Source: Neodothiora populina
Taxonomy: Eukaryota
Assembly (NCBI RefSeq): GCF_041146345.1
Contig: NW_027191414.1
Location: 372,001-436,000, forward strand
DNA: 64,000 nucleotides
Direction of reading: 5' to 3'
The notes beneath the pieces are model-generated. The model saw only the letters and a program-made list of their open reading frames with translations, did not search any database and was not told where the DNA came from. The position numbers and the translations under genes were made by a program. Below are positions 62,821-64,000 of the stretch, piece by piece. Numbering within the stretch: position 1 is the first letter of the stretch; each line of letters starts with the position of its first letter.

Positions 62821-63634
62821 ATGCCGACTACCAAAGAAATTGGTCAAGCCGGTGAGGCTAACAAGAAGATTGGAGGTGAGGATTCCGACCAAGTCATAAC
62901 AATTGAGGCAAGATCTTTGGGCTGACAACACGAAAAGGTGTACCTACGCTCCACTACTTCGACTTCCAGTCCCGCGGACGAGGCCAGGTCGTGAGACTCC
63001 TCTGGGAAGATGCAGGCATTGCCTACAAGGACATCCGATACTCCTTTGAAGAATACCCTGACTACAAGAAATCGACCATCTCTCAGCTTAATCCTGCAGC
63101 AACGATCCCTGTCATCGAACTCGACGGTCGCATCTTGACTCAGAGTTATGCTATCCTGAGGCACTTTGCGCGTCAATTGGGCGCGTACGATGGTCAGACC
63201 GAGGAGGAGAAGTATTGGGCTGATGCCATGTGTGACCTTGCCATAGATTGTAAGTAAATTCGACAAGGGCAACAGCACTGGTGGATGATATACTGACGCA
63301 AGGCCAAGGGAGGACATTGTTCATAATTGCTTTCTTTTCTCCAGACAAGGACAAGTTGTACCCCGACCATCAGAAAGGCAATCGAGCGAATTTCTTAAAG
63401 GCGCTGAATCAACATCTCAGCTCACACGAGGCTTCTCAATCAGGACCGTTTGTCATTGGTGGCACTATCACATATGCAGATCTTGTCATCTACCAGATCT
63501 GCCATGATGAACAATTGACTCAGAACGGCCGAGAGGGGCTCAAGGAATATCCCAGGCTGATCAAATTGGTTGATGCTGTAGAGGACAGGCCACACATCAA
63601 AAACTTTTTGAACAGCGACAGATATCTTGGTTAG
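62821..63634 (+). CDS. Glutathione S-transferase (3 exons)
   Basis: PTLHYFDFQSRGRGQVVRLL, IPVIE..LTQSYAILRH, ITYADLVIYQ. Introns 62876-62937 and 63250-63308. Confidence 0.92.
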
Positions 63635-64000
63635 AGACCGGCTCACACACGCAAGATCGTCGCTAGGTAGATGTTCTGGTTTCATGAACAAGATCAAGAG
63701 CACAGATCCGGAGCACAGCGGGGGGAAAGACCGTATAAGATATCCTCGCGTCGATCTTAGTCGGTCAATTGTTTCGGTCCAGCACGGAAGTATTTTTCTT
63801 ATCTCGACGTCAAGGGATACTACGCCTCCAGAGGTGTTCGAGCTGCAGAACTTTGTATTGATTTCATTCCTCTCTATGTAGCAAAGCAAAACTCAACAAA
63901 GTATCAAGTGCTCTCACACAAGGTGCACTAATCGTGGCGAGTATCTTTTAGTATAATGCAATGCGGCTTTCAAAACGACTTTGCGTCTTCATTACCAACC

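Noticed and set aside
1..64000. tRNA, snRNA or 5S genes, transposon ORFs, and PTS1 stop-codon readthrough
   Set aside because: The GTTCGA hits I checked lack T-arm stems. No transposase or RT motifs or long terminal repeats were seen. The enzyme stop codons examined have no TGA-CTA context or downstream SKL-type ending.

Overview
Gene-dense, intron-containing nuclear DNA from a filamentous ascomycete (Pezizomycotina; Dothideomycete-like by impression only). Reading GT..CTRAC..AG splice signals by hand gives about 22 protein-coding genes: NVJ2-like (5'-partial), an orphan multi-exon gene, APN2, COX13, APC5, RIM2, CIA30, SSS1, a DCAF11-like WD40 protein, a divergent RPS9/RPL21 pair, ADE1, an SDR, SED5, a Fe2OG-type oxygenase, a conserved acidic protein, a very long FYV8-motif protein, ISD11, a Gemin2-like protein, an MDR enoyl-reductase-like enzyme, a LAM/YSP2 sterol transporter, a secreted Cys-rich protein and a GST. 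I found no convincing tRNA, rRNA, CRISPR array or intact transposon, and no clear novel multi-gene system. The best leads are RNA-level or gene-architecture oddities: a ~100-nt hairpin with a cryptic 3' splice site in RPS9 intron 1; an orphan gene built from phase-0 micro-exons with a splice-created uORF; a possibly two-isoform giant protein; a stop-free 405-nt intron; and frequent AAG splice acceptors. Three frameshift-like sites fall in G/C homopolymers and are probably sequencing errors. All identifications are from recognised motifs, not database searches.
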